Source: Octopus vulgaris
Taxonomy: Eukaryota
Length of the DNA: 64,000 nucleotides
Reading direction: 5' to 3'
NCBI GenBank assembly: GCA_951406725.2
Contig: OX597837.1
Span: 34,348,001 to 34,412,000, forward strand
Of this stretch, positions 14,538-29,459 are shown piece after piece. The notes below the pieces were generated by a model. That model was given only the letters and a program-made list of their open reading frames with translations. It was not told the DNA's origin and did not search any database. Every line of letters starts with the position of its first letter. Within the stretch, counting starts at the first letter, position 1. A program made the position numbers and the translations under genes.

Positions 14538-14758
14538 TATTTCTTTACTGCCCACAAGGGGCTACACACAGAGAAGACAAACAAGGACAGACAAACGGAT
14601 TAAGGGGATTACATCGACCCCAGTGCGTAACTGGTACTTAATTTATCGACCCCGAAAGGACGAAAGGCAAAGTCGACCTCGGCGGAATTTGAACTCAGAA
14701 CGTAACGGCAGACGAAATACGGCTACGCATTTCGCCCGTTTCTGCCAGCTCGCCGCCT
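14538..14758 (-). mobile_element. SINE family B (Meta-domain-like) with a 17-bp target-site duplication
   Basis: GGCGGCGAGCTGGCAGAA head and GCCTTTC.TCCTTTCGGGGTCGATAAATTAAGTACCAG core; ACTGGTAGGAATGTTCT at 14521-14537 and 14759-14775. Other copies at about 4130-4550, 5002, 7118, 19443, 21750, 42650-43620, 50815, 56437. Confidence 0.9.
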
Positions 14759-15849
14759 ACTGGTAGGAATGTTCTGTCGAGGCTAAGCCAAGGTAGACGT
14801 TACCTACAAGGCAAGGGGAAAAGAAATAAAGGAACAATGTAACAGCTTACACATGTTTGTTGTTAGAATGAAATTCAGACGTTGAGAGATTGATCTGTCG
14901 AGTGTCAAGCTTTTGTGCCAAATGAGATTCGAATAATCTGAATCAATAATCACGTGTTTAAAATAGTCAAAACTAAGCACTACAAACTACTAGTTTTTTG
15001 ATTGGTTAAACTGACTGGCTAAAATAATACAGGTAACGGTGAATCTAAAATTGTCGCCTGTTTTCGTTCAATTAGTCAAAAATGGCTGAACTAAATTTTT
15101 CCTGAGTGGCTAAAAAGGAGCGCGTGACAAAGGAGAAACTAAATTACCACCTGCAAGAGATCGCTCCAAGGTTATGGAACTTCGGCCACAGAAAGTAAAA
15201 CAAGATTGTGAGGGATACCAGCGGTTTTCCCTAATGCTACTACCCTCGCTCCGCACACATACGTATACATGCATGCATGCATGCATACATACATACATAC
15301 ATATATATATATGTATAAAGTTAATCCAAACATGAAAGCACAAAAAAAAAAACGCAACAACGCGAGGACGTGGAACAAGTATAGTATTATTGGACGCTCA
15401 GGAAAGAAGGAGGGTTTAACGTTTCGAGCGGAGCTCTTCGTCGGAAACAGGAGAAGGAAAGATCCAAAGAAGGGAAGACAGAGGAAAAAAAATCGCCAAC
15501 GGTACACACGCGGTCACATGGTTAGAGTGTTGGGCTCACAATCATGAGGTAGTAAGTTCGATTCCCGGACCGGACTTTGTGTTGTGTTCTTGAGCAAAAC
15601 ACTTTATTTCACGTTCTTCCAGTTCACTCAGCTGTAGAAGTGAGGTGCAACGTCACTGGTGCCAAACTGTATCGATCTTTACCTTTCCCTTGGATAACAC
15701 TGGTGGCGTGGAGAGGGAGGATGGTATGCATGGGCGACTGCTGGTCTTCCATAAACAACCTTGCCCAGACTTGTGCCTCGGAGAACTTTCTAAGTGCAAT
15801 CCCAGGAGGTCTTTACCTTTATATACACACATATATACATACATATATG

Positions 15850-15905
<56 letters not shown>

Positions 15906-16159
15906 CTATCTATCTATCTATTTATCTATCTATTCATAAAGCTTCCCGTTATATAAATATATATATATACACACATGCATATATCATATACATATGTCGG
16001 GAATAAGTATAAACCAACCAATCATCTCGTCAGCATTTCACGTAGGAACATGGCTAGCGTGTTATTCCAATAACGAAAGGAAGATCTGTTACTCTTGAAT
16101 TAATGGCAAAAAAAAAAAGGTGCATTTCGCGAATCCAGTGTATGATCCAATATGCATGT

Positions 16160-16880
16160 TTATAAACCCCACAAAGTGAATAATAATAATTCTTCTCCAA
16201 AGTCTTGAGAATTCGGCCAAAGATATCGGCCTCCATGTCCACCCAAAAGAAAACAGAATACATTAGTTTATATTCAAAATGGAACGGTCAAAGCAGAATC
16301 TGGAACATCACTCAATTGCGTAGAAAACTTTACTTGTCAAGGTAGCAAAATTACTGATTGCGAAAGCGATGTAATCACAGACATTGGAAAAGTTTGGGAG
16401 CCGTTGACAAGTTATCTCTAGTGTGGAAACTTAGACCTTGCAGACATGAGAAGATGTCTCTTTTAAGCGACTCTTATCTCTGTTCTATTGTATATCTACT
16501 CAGCATGGACCCTCACTTCGAAACGGGGAAGAAAATTGCATGGAGCTTACACTCGCATACAAAAAGTGGCTTTGAATGTCACTAGGAGAGATCGTCTGAC
16601 CAATGAACGATTGTATAGGAACTTTCGTCCAGTATCAGACATTTTCAAATGATTCGCATGGCATTGCTGGAGAGCTGAAGACAAAATTTTTAGTGTTCTT
16701 TTGTGGGAGCCTACACAAAGAAGAGTTATCAGGGGACAATAAGCCAAGACCTGTATCAAGTAGATTTGTGACGAAATCGACTGCAATCCCTTTGACCTGT
16801 CGAATATAATGAACAATGGAATCGGATGGCGACAGAGTCACGGGAATCCGCACAAACAGTGCAACCGGATGATCGATGAA
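16160..16880 (+). mobile_element. Decayed RTE-like LINE 3' end
   Basis: KKTEYI and FAWHCWRAEDKIFSVLLWEPTQ motifs, with frameshifts and stops. Confidence 0.7.
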
Positions 16881-17375
16881 TAGATTTATCGAGACATTAT
16901 AGAACTCAATACTTACAAAACACAAAATAGAAATGATGTAATTAAGAAAAACTTGTTTACTTCCCGATTAATCAGTTCACATGGTAAAAAAAAAAAACAC
17001 CATGGTTTATTATATATAGATATATTCTTTTATTTGTTCCAGTCATCTTGACTGCGGCCATGCTGGAGCACTGCCTTTAGTCGAACAAATCGACCCCAGG
17101 ACTTAGTCTTTGTAAGCCTAGTACTTATTCTATCGGTATCTTTGTCAGCTGAGTGGACAGGAGCAACATGAAATAAAGTGACTTGCTCAAGGACAGAACG
17201 TACTTTAGGAATCGAACCCGTGAACCGACTACCTTAACCACGGAGCCACGCGCCTTCAAACTTACATACAACCGCACCCCACACACTCGTATATACACCC
17301 TCTACATTTCTTCTTGCTCATTTCCTTGAATTTTCTGCTTTTTACCAACTCGAAAATGTCTGCGTGTATGTACAT

Positions 17376-17576
17376 CAGTGGTTTTCAATCAGGATTCCGC
17401 CAGTACAGTCCAGGGGTTCCGCAAGAAGTTACAAAACTGCTAAAATCGGCAGTAATTTTTAAGTCTCCTGTGCAGATATGTGTGCATAAGACTATTAAAT
17501 TATTGCACACGGGTTCCTCGAGCCAGTGGAATGTTTCCTTGGGGTTCCGCTCTAGCAAAAAGTTTGAAAAGCACTG
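17376..17576. mobile_element. hAT-type MITE
   Basis: CAGTGGTTTTCAA...TTGAAAAGCACTG ends; 8-bp flanks ATGTACAT / ACGTACAT. Confidence 0.8.
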
Positions 17577-18222
17577 ACGTACATACATAAAATCTGTAAA
17601 ACTTTCCCAGAAGTTTATCATTTAAGCATATATGAACATATCTAGACCTGCAACTATATGCATGAGAAGACATACGTAAAACAAAATATACAAATCTGCA
17701 TACATACATACGAAATACCCTACTGATGTTGTTGAAATTCCCATGAAGGAGCCTTGGTTCTGGGTTAGAAACCGGCTCTTTCTCCATTGGCAAGAAATCT
17801 TGAAATAAAACTGAATAATGGCGTAGGAGTGGCTGTGTGGTAAGTAGCTTGCTTACCAACCACATGGTTCCGGGTTCAGTCCCACTGTGTGGCACCTTGG
17901 GCAAGTGTCTTCTGCTATAGCCTCGGGCCGACCAAAGCCTTGTGAGTGGATTTGGTAGACGGAAACTGAAAGAATCCTGTCGTATATATGTATATATATG
18001 TGTGTATGTATATGTCTGTCTGTCTGTTTGTTCTCCCAACATCGCTTGACAACCGATACTGGTGTGTTTACATCCCCGTAACTTAGCGGTTCGGCAAAAG
18101 ATACCGATAGAATAAGTCCCGAGGTTGATTTGCTCGATTAAAGGCGGTGCTCCAGCATGGCCACAGTCAAATGACTGAAACAAGTAAAAGAGTAAAGGGT
18201 AATAACATACATAATTACATCG

Positions 18223-18258
<36 letters not shown>

Positions 18259-19809
18259 ACTTATCTACCTACGTACCTATCTTTCTTTCTCATTTTAATT
18301 TCTCCCACCCCCTCTCTCTCTCTATTTCTCTTTCTCTCTTCTTAGTACTTTCATATTCTAAACTCCTCTTCTCCCACTTTACCTCTTCCTTATCCTTCCT
18401 CCACCTCTAACGATCGGTGCATCACACTCCATTGGTCGGCCGATTATCAAACGTAAGGCTCTCCAGAAGACTCTGCGACCAGGGCTGACCCTGGGCTAAA
18501 CAACAACAACAACGGCGATGATGATGACGACGGCGACTCATCAATCATAAAGTGTCCCTTTCTCACACGTGCACGCCCCTTTTCATTCTGCGCACTCCCT
18601 GTTTCAGCCTTAAGGAAGGCCCTATGTGTTTGCTTTAAAGTCTTGGCCCCGATTCCGTATTATTTTTGGAAGGTAAAACACCCAACAGTTTACAAGAAGG
18701 CGGGGCCAAGTAGCAGTCAAGCGGGGTGGGTGGGGGTGTTGCTGTGGTGTGTGAACGTGATGGAGGGGGTGGGGTGGCGATGGGGGGTCGACGCTGATGT
18801 GGATGCTGTTTCTTGATGATGATCGTGATGATGATGATGATGACGATAATGATGCTGATGTTCGTTTGTGACGACAACGGTGAAGGATGAAGATGGTGAT
18901 GACGATGAAGACAACGATGATGATGATGATGATGAACGTGATGATGATGATGATGATGATGAACGTGGTGATGATGATGATGATGATGATGAACGTGGTG
19001 ATGATGATGATGATGATGACAGTAATGGCGGCGGCGGCAGTGGTGGTGGTGGTGGTGACTCTAACAGTTGTGCGAGAGGTACTTCACGACAAACGTCCGA
19101 CACTGCACTCCCATCCCTCCTCATTCTCTCCCCCACTTCCCCTTCACGCAAATATCCTTCCTCCTCCTCCTCCTCTCTGTATACTGATACCGCCACCATC
19201 CATCCACCCCCAACCCCCTTCTCCGCTTGAATCTACAAGAAAATGTCAGATTCCTTCCAACTTTTTTTTTTTTTTTTTCATTATTTGTTTCTACTTTAAT
19301 TATCTTTCCTATTATAGATTCAGCATCTCTCTCTCTCCCTTTTTCTCTCTCTGTCTCTCTCCCCTCCCCTCCTCTCTCTCTCTCACACATACACATGAGT
19401 GTGCGTGTGTGTATGTATGTATGTATGTATAAGGTAGCAAAAGGTGGCGAGGTAGCAGAATTGTTAGCGTGTTGGACGAAATGCTTAATGGTATTTCGTC
19501 TGCTGCTGCGTTCTGAGTTCAAGTGCCGCCGAGGTCGACTTTGCCTTTCATCCTTTCGGGGTCGATAAATTAAGTACCAGTGAACCACTGGGATCGTTGA
19601 AATCGACTGGTCCCCTTCCCCAAAATTTCAGGCCTTGTGCCTATAGTAGAATGGATATATGGCTGTGTGGTAAGAAGCTTGCTTCCCAACCTCATAGTTC
19701 CAAGTTCAGTCCCACTGCATGGCACCTTAGGCAAGTGTCTTCTTCTATAGCCTTAGGCCGACCAAAGCCTTGTGAGTGGATCTGGTGGACAGAGACCGAA
19801 TGAAGCCTG

Positions 19810-19863
<54 letters not shown>

Positions 19864-21226
19864 CTGTCCCCCCACCAGCACTTGACAACCGGTGTTGGTG
19901 TGTTTGCATCCCCGTAATCTAGCGGTTTGGCTAAACAGATCGATAGAATAAGTACTGGGCTTAAAAAAATAAGTACTGGGGTCGATTAATTCGACTAAAA
20001 CATTCAAGACGGTGCCCCAGCATGGTCGCAATTTAATGACTGAAACAAGTAAAGGAATAAAAGTATATATATGTATATATATATATATGTATAAATATAT
20101 ATATGGAAAGAAAGGTCAAGGTAGAAAATTCTAAAATAATTTCATAAAAAAACATTTTCGTACCGGTTTCGGTCATTGAGACTTTTCAACTCTAAGTATG
20201 GAAAACAAATTTTGGAAAAATTAAATGAAAAGTTTTGCCGTTCCCTATATAGGCACAAATGTAATTCTTTCCCAAATAAGTTGCACTTCATTTGAATCTC
20301 TGATGAAGATATGAGGTGTTATTCCAGCACTCAATCATGAGTCGACTGCATCTTGTAGCAGGAAACAGCTGTAGGGTAATCGAGTTCAGAAGATAATCGT
20401 TAATTCCTTTGTCATCTCTCTTTCTTATTACCACTCTATACTCAGCTTCGTTGTGAAACATATGTAACTGAAGTTCTAAACTGGGTTATTTGTCTTGTAA
20501 TGCCTAAGAAAAAATATACAGTTCCGGGTTCAGTCCCACTGCGTGGCATCTTGGGCAAGTGTCTTCTGCTATAGCCCCGGGCCGACCAATGCCTTGTGAG
20601 TGGATTTGGTAGATGGAAACTGAAAGAAGCCTGTCGTATATATGTATGTGTGTGTGTTTGTGTGTCTGTGTTTGTTCCCATAGCATTGCTTGACAACCGA
20701 TGCTGATGTGTTTACGTCCCCGTCACTTAGCGGTTCGGCAAAAGAGACCGATAGAATAAGTACTGGGCTTACAAAGAATAAGTCCCGGGGTTGATTTGCT
20801 CGACTAAAGGTGGTGCTCCAGCATGGCCGCAGTCAAATGACTGAAACAAGTAAAAGATTAAAAGAATGTGTTTGTGTGCATGTAAAATGTTCTTCAGTTG
20901 ACGACTGATGAAGAGACCAGACTTATGCACCTCCATTTCAGTTGCCTTTTCTCTCTTACTTTTCAGATCCATTTGTCTGGCTGTATTCTTTTTTAGTGAT
21001 ATTACCTGTAATGTATAAACTGCAGTATTCATCCGGAGATAATCTCTTATGGGCGTACGTTAAAAAAAACCCACGTGTGGTAAGTAGCTTGCTTACCAAC
21101 CACATGGTACCGGGTTCAGTCCCACTGCATAGTATCTTGGGCAAGTAAGTGTCTTCTACTATAGCCTCGGGCCGACCAAAGCCTTGTGAGTGGATTTGGT
21201 AGAGGGAAACTGAAAGAAGCCTGTCG

Positions 21227-21269
<43 letters not shown>

Positions 21270-23226
21270 ATGTATGTTTGTGTGTCTGTGTTTGTCCCCC
21301 CCAACATCACTTGACAACCAATGCTGGTGTGTTTACGTCGCCGTTACTTAGCGGTTCGACAAAAGAGACTGATAGAATAAGTACTGGGCTTACAAAGAAT
21401 AAGTCCCGGGGTCGATTTGCTCGACTAAAGGCGGTGCTCCAGCATGGCCGCAGTCAAATGACTGAAACAAGTAAAAGAGTAAAGAGTATATATATCGGTA
21501 GCAAACGAAAATCGCCCAGTAGCGGCCGTGAGAACACCACATGTGCATTTCTCTCTTGTTGCGATTTGTCAGTAGTATTTACTTACTGACAATTGCAGTA
21601 AATTTGCTTTTCTGCGATGTGTGTACATTAAGTATGATACACAAATGGCTATTTTTCTTGTCTCTAAAACTGCTTCTGCTGCTCATAATGGATTTTTTTT
21701 TGCAGAAAGACATTCACTGGAACACTTCTTGAATATGTGGAAATATATATTTCTTTACTACCCACAAGGAGCTAAACATAGAGGGGACAAACAAGGACAG
21801 ACAAATGGATTAAGTCGATTACATCGACCCCAGTGCGTAACTGGTACTTAATTTATCGACCCCGAAAGGATGAAAGGCAAAGTCAACCTTGGCGGAATTT
21901 GAACCCAGAACGTAACGGCAGACGAAATATGGCTACGCATTTCGCCCTGCATGCTAACATTTCTGCCAGCTCGCCGCCTTTGTGGAAATATATTTGGATT
22001 AACCAATGTGTGTGTGTATGTATGAACAATAATGGTTGTACATATGTATGTATGTATGTGTGTATGAGGGCTAATGGGTGAGTGTGTGTGTGTTCTTCTT
22101 TATGTATTTGTATCCACTCACACATGCTCACAAAGGCATGCATGCGCCCATTGCTTTTAACGTGCACGTACATACATACACCGCCGATGTTCTGAGAGCC
22201 AATGGCTGATACCACCCTGAAATTCCATTGGCCAGAAGGGAAATTTTTTCCCCATGTTATGAACTCATTTGCATACAACCAATCAGAGCTCAACTATCAA
22301 ACAACTAATTTATGAGCGCATAACAAGTGCTGGGTGATAAGATAAGATCCCTTGGGGTAAGGAATGACCATGCTTCTTTCCTCTTTTAAGAAATGCTCCT
22401 TGTTCTTGTTCTTGTTTCAACCCTGGTTGCCTCTGCGTTAGTTATTTATGTTGTTTACTTTGTAAAACAGTAAGGGGAAAGGGTTCCTAGCACATCACCC
22501 TCTAACCACATTTCTCCCATCCACATCTTTACCATAAGGGGCCCTAACAGAATCCGATAATAGGTAGAGATGCAAACCCATCTAATTACTTGTCCCCTTC
22601 GAAAATCAGGCATAAACTTGGCGATCGGTCGACTTACAACACCGCTCTTTGTCTTGAGTTTCCTTGGTAGAGTGTGTTTGTTAACAAGGTCAAGGCGAGC
22701 TCTGATTGGTTGTATGCAAATGAGTTCATTACTGGGGTCCAGAACTCTCGTGGGAAAAAAAAAATTTCACCGGCTGGAACATAGATGACGTATGGTACTG
22801 GTATTTAGATACACGAGGTAAACTGCACTTGTTAGTGGTCATACTAAAATTTTGAGAAATTCTCAGCTTATTTAGCTGAAAGTTACCCTAGAGAACCAAG
22901 TGCATTAGTAATAGTGTCCAATGTAAACATGAAAACATGTCCTAAGATAAAGTGGAACTGAAGACCGAAAATGGACCATGGTGCTTCGGCACAATCCACG
23001 TGAAGCAACTTAGTCTTTTGCCTGTCCTTTGTATCACATCTCATACAATTAATATATTTCCCTGTTGTCCATGCAACATATGGAACCAACCACATGGTTC
23101 CGGGTTCAGTCCCACTGCGTGGCATCTTGGGCAAGTGTCTTCTGCTATAGCCCCGGGCCGACCAATGCCTTGTGAGTGGATTTGGTAGATGGAAACTGAA
23201 AGAAGCCTGTCGTATATATGTATATA

Positions 23227-23617
23227 TCTCTATATATATAAACGGCAGTTTGTCTGTCAGGTTGTACCCTCACCCTGACCACGGCTTTCAACCGATTCTG
23301 ATGAAACTTGACACACACACATAGCCCAATGTCATAATTCAAAACTAACGTAGCGAAAATTTTGAAAAGTTCCCCCAGTTCTGAAAAAAAATCGATAAAT
23401 TCGACATGGGGTCGAGAATCTAAGCTTTTTATATGCAACACATTTTCTGTCGGGAGACAGCTAGGGACATCGTATACACAGAAGTATTCGAGTGAAGAGA
23501 AGACACTGCAACCTACACATGCGCCTTCGTTCCCTAGAGGGAAAGGACTAGATTGGGATTAGTCGTTGCCTACTAGGGGCTCTTACATACCCGGGCAACG
23601 CCGGGCTATGCTGCTAG
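23227..23617 (+). mobile_element. Non-autonomous Helitron inserted within a SINE
   Basis: 5' TCTCTATATATATAAAC; 3' CCCGGGCAACGCCGGG hairpin then CTAG; A|T insertion site; SINE halves on either side. Confidence 0.8.
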
Positions 23618-24352
23618 TATATATATATAAGTGTGTGTGTATATGTTTGTGTGTCTGTGTTTGTCCCCCTAGCATTGCTTGACAACCGATGCTGGTGTGT
23701 TTACGTCCCCGTTACTCAGTGGTTCGACAAAAGAGACCGATAGAATAAGTACTGGGCTTACAAAGAATAAGTCCCGGGGTCGATTTGCTCGACTAAAGGC
23801 GGTGCTCCAGCATGGCCACAGTCAAATGACTGAAACAAGTAAAAGAATAAAAGAGTATATGATACACATTCACCAACTTTTGTCAGCCACCAGAGTAATT
23901 TGGGACTTATGAAAAGAAAGCTTCGTATAACTCAGAACACACGAAACAACAGCTAAGTAAAACTCTGAAACTGTGAGGTGCACAGTTCCAGACAAGGAGT
24001 TTTGTATTTTTTTCTCATAAATTAGGGGATGGCTTCTGACATTAAGCTTAAGGATCATATAATGTACAAGTATAAAGAAAGAATTAAAGAAAAAAGGACT
24101 CGTTATATTGAATGCTATTGATAACATGGAGTGGAAAAAGGGGGATCGGCAGTTTGGCAGTGCCTATACATGAGCCGCCACTGCAGTTGGCTTATACTCT
24201 CATCCGAAATTGTTGACCTTGTGCCTCCAGTGGAGAGGATTATTATATGACACCGGACGGTCCAGCAAAATGGTTAATTTGTCAAAGCTTTGGAACTGAG
24301 GATACCGGGGGGGGTGGGGTGGGTGGGATCGATGGCAAACCAATAGGTAGAT

Positions 24353-24385
<33 letters not shown>

Positions 24386-24479
24386 GCACACACCTTGGGC
24401 AAGTGTCTTCTACTATAGCCTCGGGCCGACCAAAGCCTTGTGAGTGGATTTGGTAGACGGAAACTGAAAGAAGCCCGTC

Positions 24480-24531
<52 letters not shown>

Positions 24532-24741
24532 TTGTGTGAGTGTGTTTGTCCCCCTAGTATTGCTTGACAACCGATGCTGGTGTGTTTATGTCCCCGTTAC
24601 TTAGCGGTTCGGCAAAAGAGACCGATAAAATAAGTACTGGGCTTACAAAAGAATAAGTCCCGGGGTTGATTTGGTCGATTAAAGGTGGTGCTCCAGCATG
24701 GCCGCAGTCAAATGACTGAAACAAGTAAAAGAGTATATATA

Positions 24742-24794
<53 letters not shown>

Positions 24795-25344
24795 ATACAT
24801 TGATATAAACTATATAAGGTCAATAAGAGAGTTGGAAAGTCTTATGAAAAGAGAGGGAGTGAGAGGGGTAGAAGTGAAAAGTTGTTTGAGGAACAGAAGA
24901 AAACAGAGAGGGGGATCATGGGGGAGGAGAGAGAAAGAGAAGATGAAAGAAGAGAGGGTGCGGGGGGGAGGGAAAAGGCATTAAGAAAATGGATGGAGTG
25001 TGTGTGAGTTAATATTGGTAACAACAAAAGTCTTTACAGTACAATGAGACCACGATGGGAAAGAGATGGATTTGGGTGGGAAGTAATATTAAGAGCAGAA
25101 ATTTTAACAATACACCGGTTTATCATAATGTGTGATAGGGAAGTGAGAGAGGGGGAGAGACACGGGGATGGGGATGGGGAGAGAGAGAGACTGACAGGGA
25201 AACAGGAAGAGAAAGAGAGAGAAAGAGGTAGTATTATCAGCAAGTCTTTACAATACACCATCACAATATAATAGGAAAGAGAGATAGGGAGAGATAGATA
25301 GAGAGATATATAGAGAGATAGAGAAGAGATAGAGAGAGAGATAG

Positions 25345-25375
<31 letters not shown>

Positions 25376-25416
25376 TAGAGATAGATAGATAGAGAGAGAG
25401 AGAGAGATAGATAGAT

Positions 25417-25459
<43 letters not shown>

Positions 25460-27437
25460 GAGAGATAGAGAGATAGATAGATAGAGAGATAGATAGAGAG
25501 ATAGATAGATAGAGAGATAGATACAGTATTAACAGCAACAGTCTTTATAATACAACTTCCACAATATGATAGGAAACAGAGGGATGGAGAGAGAAAGACT
25601 GAGAGAGAGAGAGGGGGAGGTCAAAGAGAAACAGAGAGTGAGAGGGTAAGAGAGACACAGAGGGGGGAGGAGAGGGAGAGAGAGAGAGAGCTAGTGTTAT
25701 AAGCAATGGGTCTTAACAGTACCACGCCCCTCCCTCCCCCCTCCCCTTCTCTTTCACAAAAAGAAATAGGAAACATTGCAGAAATAACTTTTTTCCTGAC
25801 TTGAACTGTGTGAGTAATGGAACTTGCTCAAGGCCACAATGTCTGTTCCTCTGTTTGTTTGATGTGCGAGAACGTCTTTGTAAAGGTGTGCATTAAAACA
25901 TGCACACGGCGTTATTGTTGTTGCGCACATGCAGCGTTCCAAAGCACAGCGTGCACTTAGTGGAAACACTTAGATCGAGACGAGGAACTCAAGTGCCGAA
26001 TTAACGGTTGCTGCTGCCGCTGCTACTGCTGCTGCCTCATCGATCGCCTTCAGCAGAAATAGTTATACAATAAGTTACTAAATCTTTTGGTAATTTTGTT
26101 GGTACCATCTCTAGCTATTTCCTTTCATTGGATTTCAATAAAGACCCCCACCACACACACACAATACATATACACATATGCGCAGGAGTGGCTGTGTGGT
26201 AAGTAGCTTGCTAACCAACCACATGGTTCTGGGTTCAGTCCGACTGCATGGCATCTTGGGCAAGTGTCTTCTGCTATAGCCCCGGGCTGACCGATGCCTT
26301 GTGAGTGGATTTGGTAGACAGAAACTGAAAGAAGCCTGTCGTATATATGTATATATATGTATGTATGTGTGTGTATATGTTTGTCCCCCTAGCATTGCTT
26401 GACAACCGATGCTGGTGTGTTTACGTCCCCGTCACTTAGCGGTTCAGCAAAACAGACTGATAGAATAAGTACTGGGCTTACAAAGAATAAGTCCCGGGGT
26501 CGAGTTGCTCGATTAAAGGCGGTGCTCCAGTATGGCCACAGTCACATGACTGAAACAAGTAAAAGAGTAGAGAGTATTCACAAAATTAAACCTTTGGATA
26601 GAGTTTAACTTTAGGACACCAAAGCCTATATCTGCTTGATCAGGGCTAATTAACTGCTAAACAACAAAAACTCCACCTAAAGAATGTAGTGAGCAGAAGT
26701 ATAGGGGTACCTTATGCAGAAGAATATAGTGGAAATTTGCCCTTTAATCTACAAAAAGTGATGCATTATTTTGGAAGATAGGAATGAAATAAAGTCAGTA
26801 AAAGTAAAAAATAAATACAACTGAAGACATTTTAAATTAAAAAAAAACAAAAATGGTTTTTATTTGTTTATAAACAACAGAAATGTTGAGGGAGTTTTTA
26901 TGTGGTCACTTGGTATGCTAGAGATAGCAGTCAAATCACTGTCTTAAGCATCCAACGGTATACAGACAAAAGAATGGGATATTTACAGGGGGAACACCTT
27001 TGGGTCAAAAGTGTGTGTGTGTGTGTGGGAGGTTTTGAGATAATCAACAACAATAACACAAACAACAACTGCATTAAGATTATCCAGATTATTGTACAGC
27101 TTCATGAGGTTTAATAAATGTGTGTATAAGTGTGTGTATACACTCATACCTCGGTAATATGGACCTCCCTTCAACGGATTTTGGAAGCAGCGGACAAAAT
27201 CAAGGCATATCAACAACACCTCTTCATCATCCATGTTAAGTCTGATTTTACAGTGTACGGGTACTTTACACTGTCAGATTGGACAGTGTGCTTGATTTAA
27301 AGTACCGTACTCTATTTATTCCTCTGTCTTTCGTAATGTAATTGTCGATATTAGCTGCTCCTAACCTTAGTGTTGGTACCTACGGACAATCGGCTTCATC
27401 AGATCGATATTCTCCACTTTCATTGTCCACTAACTCA

Positions 27438-28561
<1,124 letters not shown>

Positions 28562-29060
28562 CTTGCAATTCATCTTTGTTGCCTGAACAGGGGTATGTAT
28601 TAGACTAATGATGAAGGGAGTCATCAGCCTCAAATGAATATGCTAGTGTGTGTGTATACATACATACATACACAAATGCACACACACTCATATATATATA
28701 TATAAACATATACGTACAGATATATATCTGTACATATGTATAGACATATATACACATACACACATATATATACACATGCATAGACACATATATACATTTA
28801 TGCATATACACACAGACAGACATATATTCCCTTGCTCTTACACATACACACACCCTTATATATATCACTTGAAATAATACGCTTCCCACAAGGATAATAA
28901 CAAAGGAGGTGAAGTCCACTTTTAAGAAATGTATCCTCTCCCAGTGGAGTGTAACTTAACATGCCATGGCATTCGGATTGAGATCCCTCAATCTGATGTA
29001 ATCCCTCCCGATGAGAAACCTGTGATGCCTATTTGAGGATGTTGGCTCCACAACAATATA

Positions 29061-29296
29061 TAGGGTGTTCAAAAAGTCTCTCTGCAGTGAATTCAGCCTA
29101 AGAAGTGCTCACATGGCCGTAAAAAAGAAAATAAATTCTATGTATTGAAAATGAAGGATGACACTTTCAATGCCTCTTCTAAAGTTTTTTAAAGTCTTGT
29201 AAAGTCTAATATATTCTTTTGTAGTCTTATACCATCTTGTAAATATTTTATTTTGCAATAAACTACTTGCTGTGGAGAGACTTTTTGAACACCCTC
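29061..29296. mobile_element. Tc1/mariner-type MITE
   Basis: 21-bp terminal inverted repeats AGGGTGTTCAAAAAGTCTCTC (29062-29082 and 29275-29295), flanked by TA on both sides. Confidence 0.8.
29247..29252 (-). promoter_or_regulatory. Candidate polyadenylation signal AATAAA for FANCD2
   Basis: First AATAAA on the minus strand after the stop, followed by T-rich sequence. Confidence 0.45.
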
Positions 29297-29348
29297 TATT
29301 TATCCACCGTCCACTCTGGTGACGAGACATCACATCTTACTGGAGGTT

Positions 29349-29459
29349 CTAATAGATCTCACTGTACATTTGTTCCCCATCATTATCGTCATTATTTTCC
29401 TTGCCGCCATCACTTTCTTTGTCATCATCATCTTTTACTTCTTCTCCCCCTTCAATTTC
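29349..29459 (-). CDS. FANCD2: Probable terminal FANCD2 exon (EIEGGEEVKDDDDKESDGGKENNDDNDGEQMYSEIY*)
   Basis: Pyrimidine-rich TAG acceptor, phase 0, acidic tail like vertebrate FANCD2, TAG stop, AATAAA about 100 nt downstream. Confidence 0.75.
   Translation of the reverse strand, partial: EIEGGEEVKDDDDKESDGGKENNDDNDGEQMYSEIY

Noticed and set aside
18717-19432. Poly-Asp, poly-Met and poly-Ser ORFs
   Set aside because: (GAT)n repeat translations without supporting gene structure.
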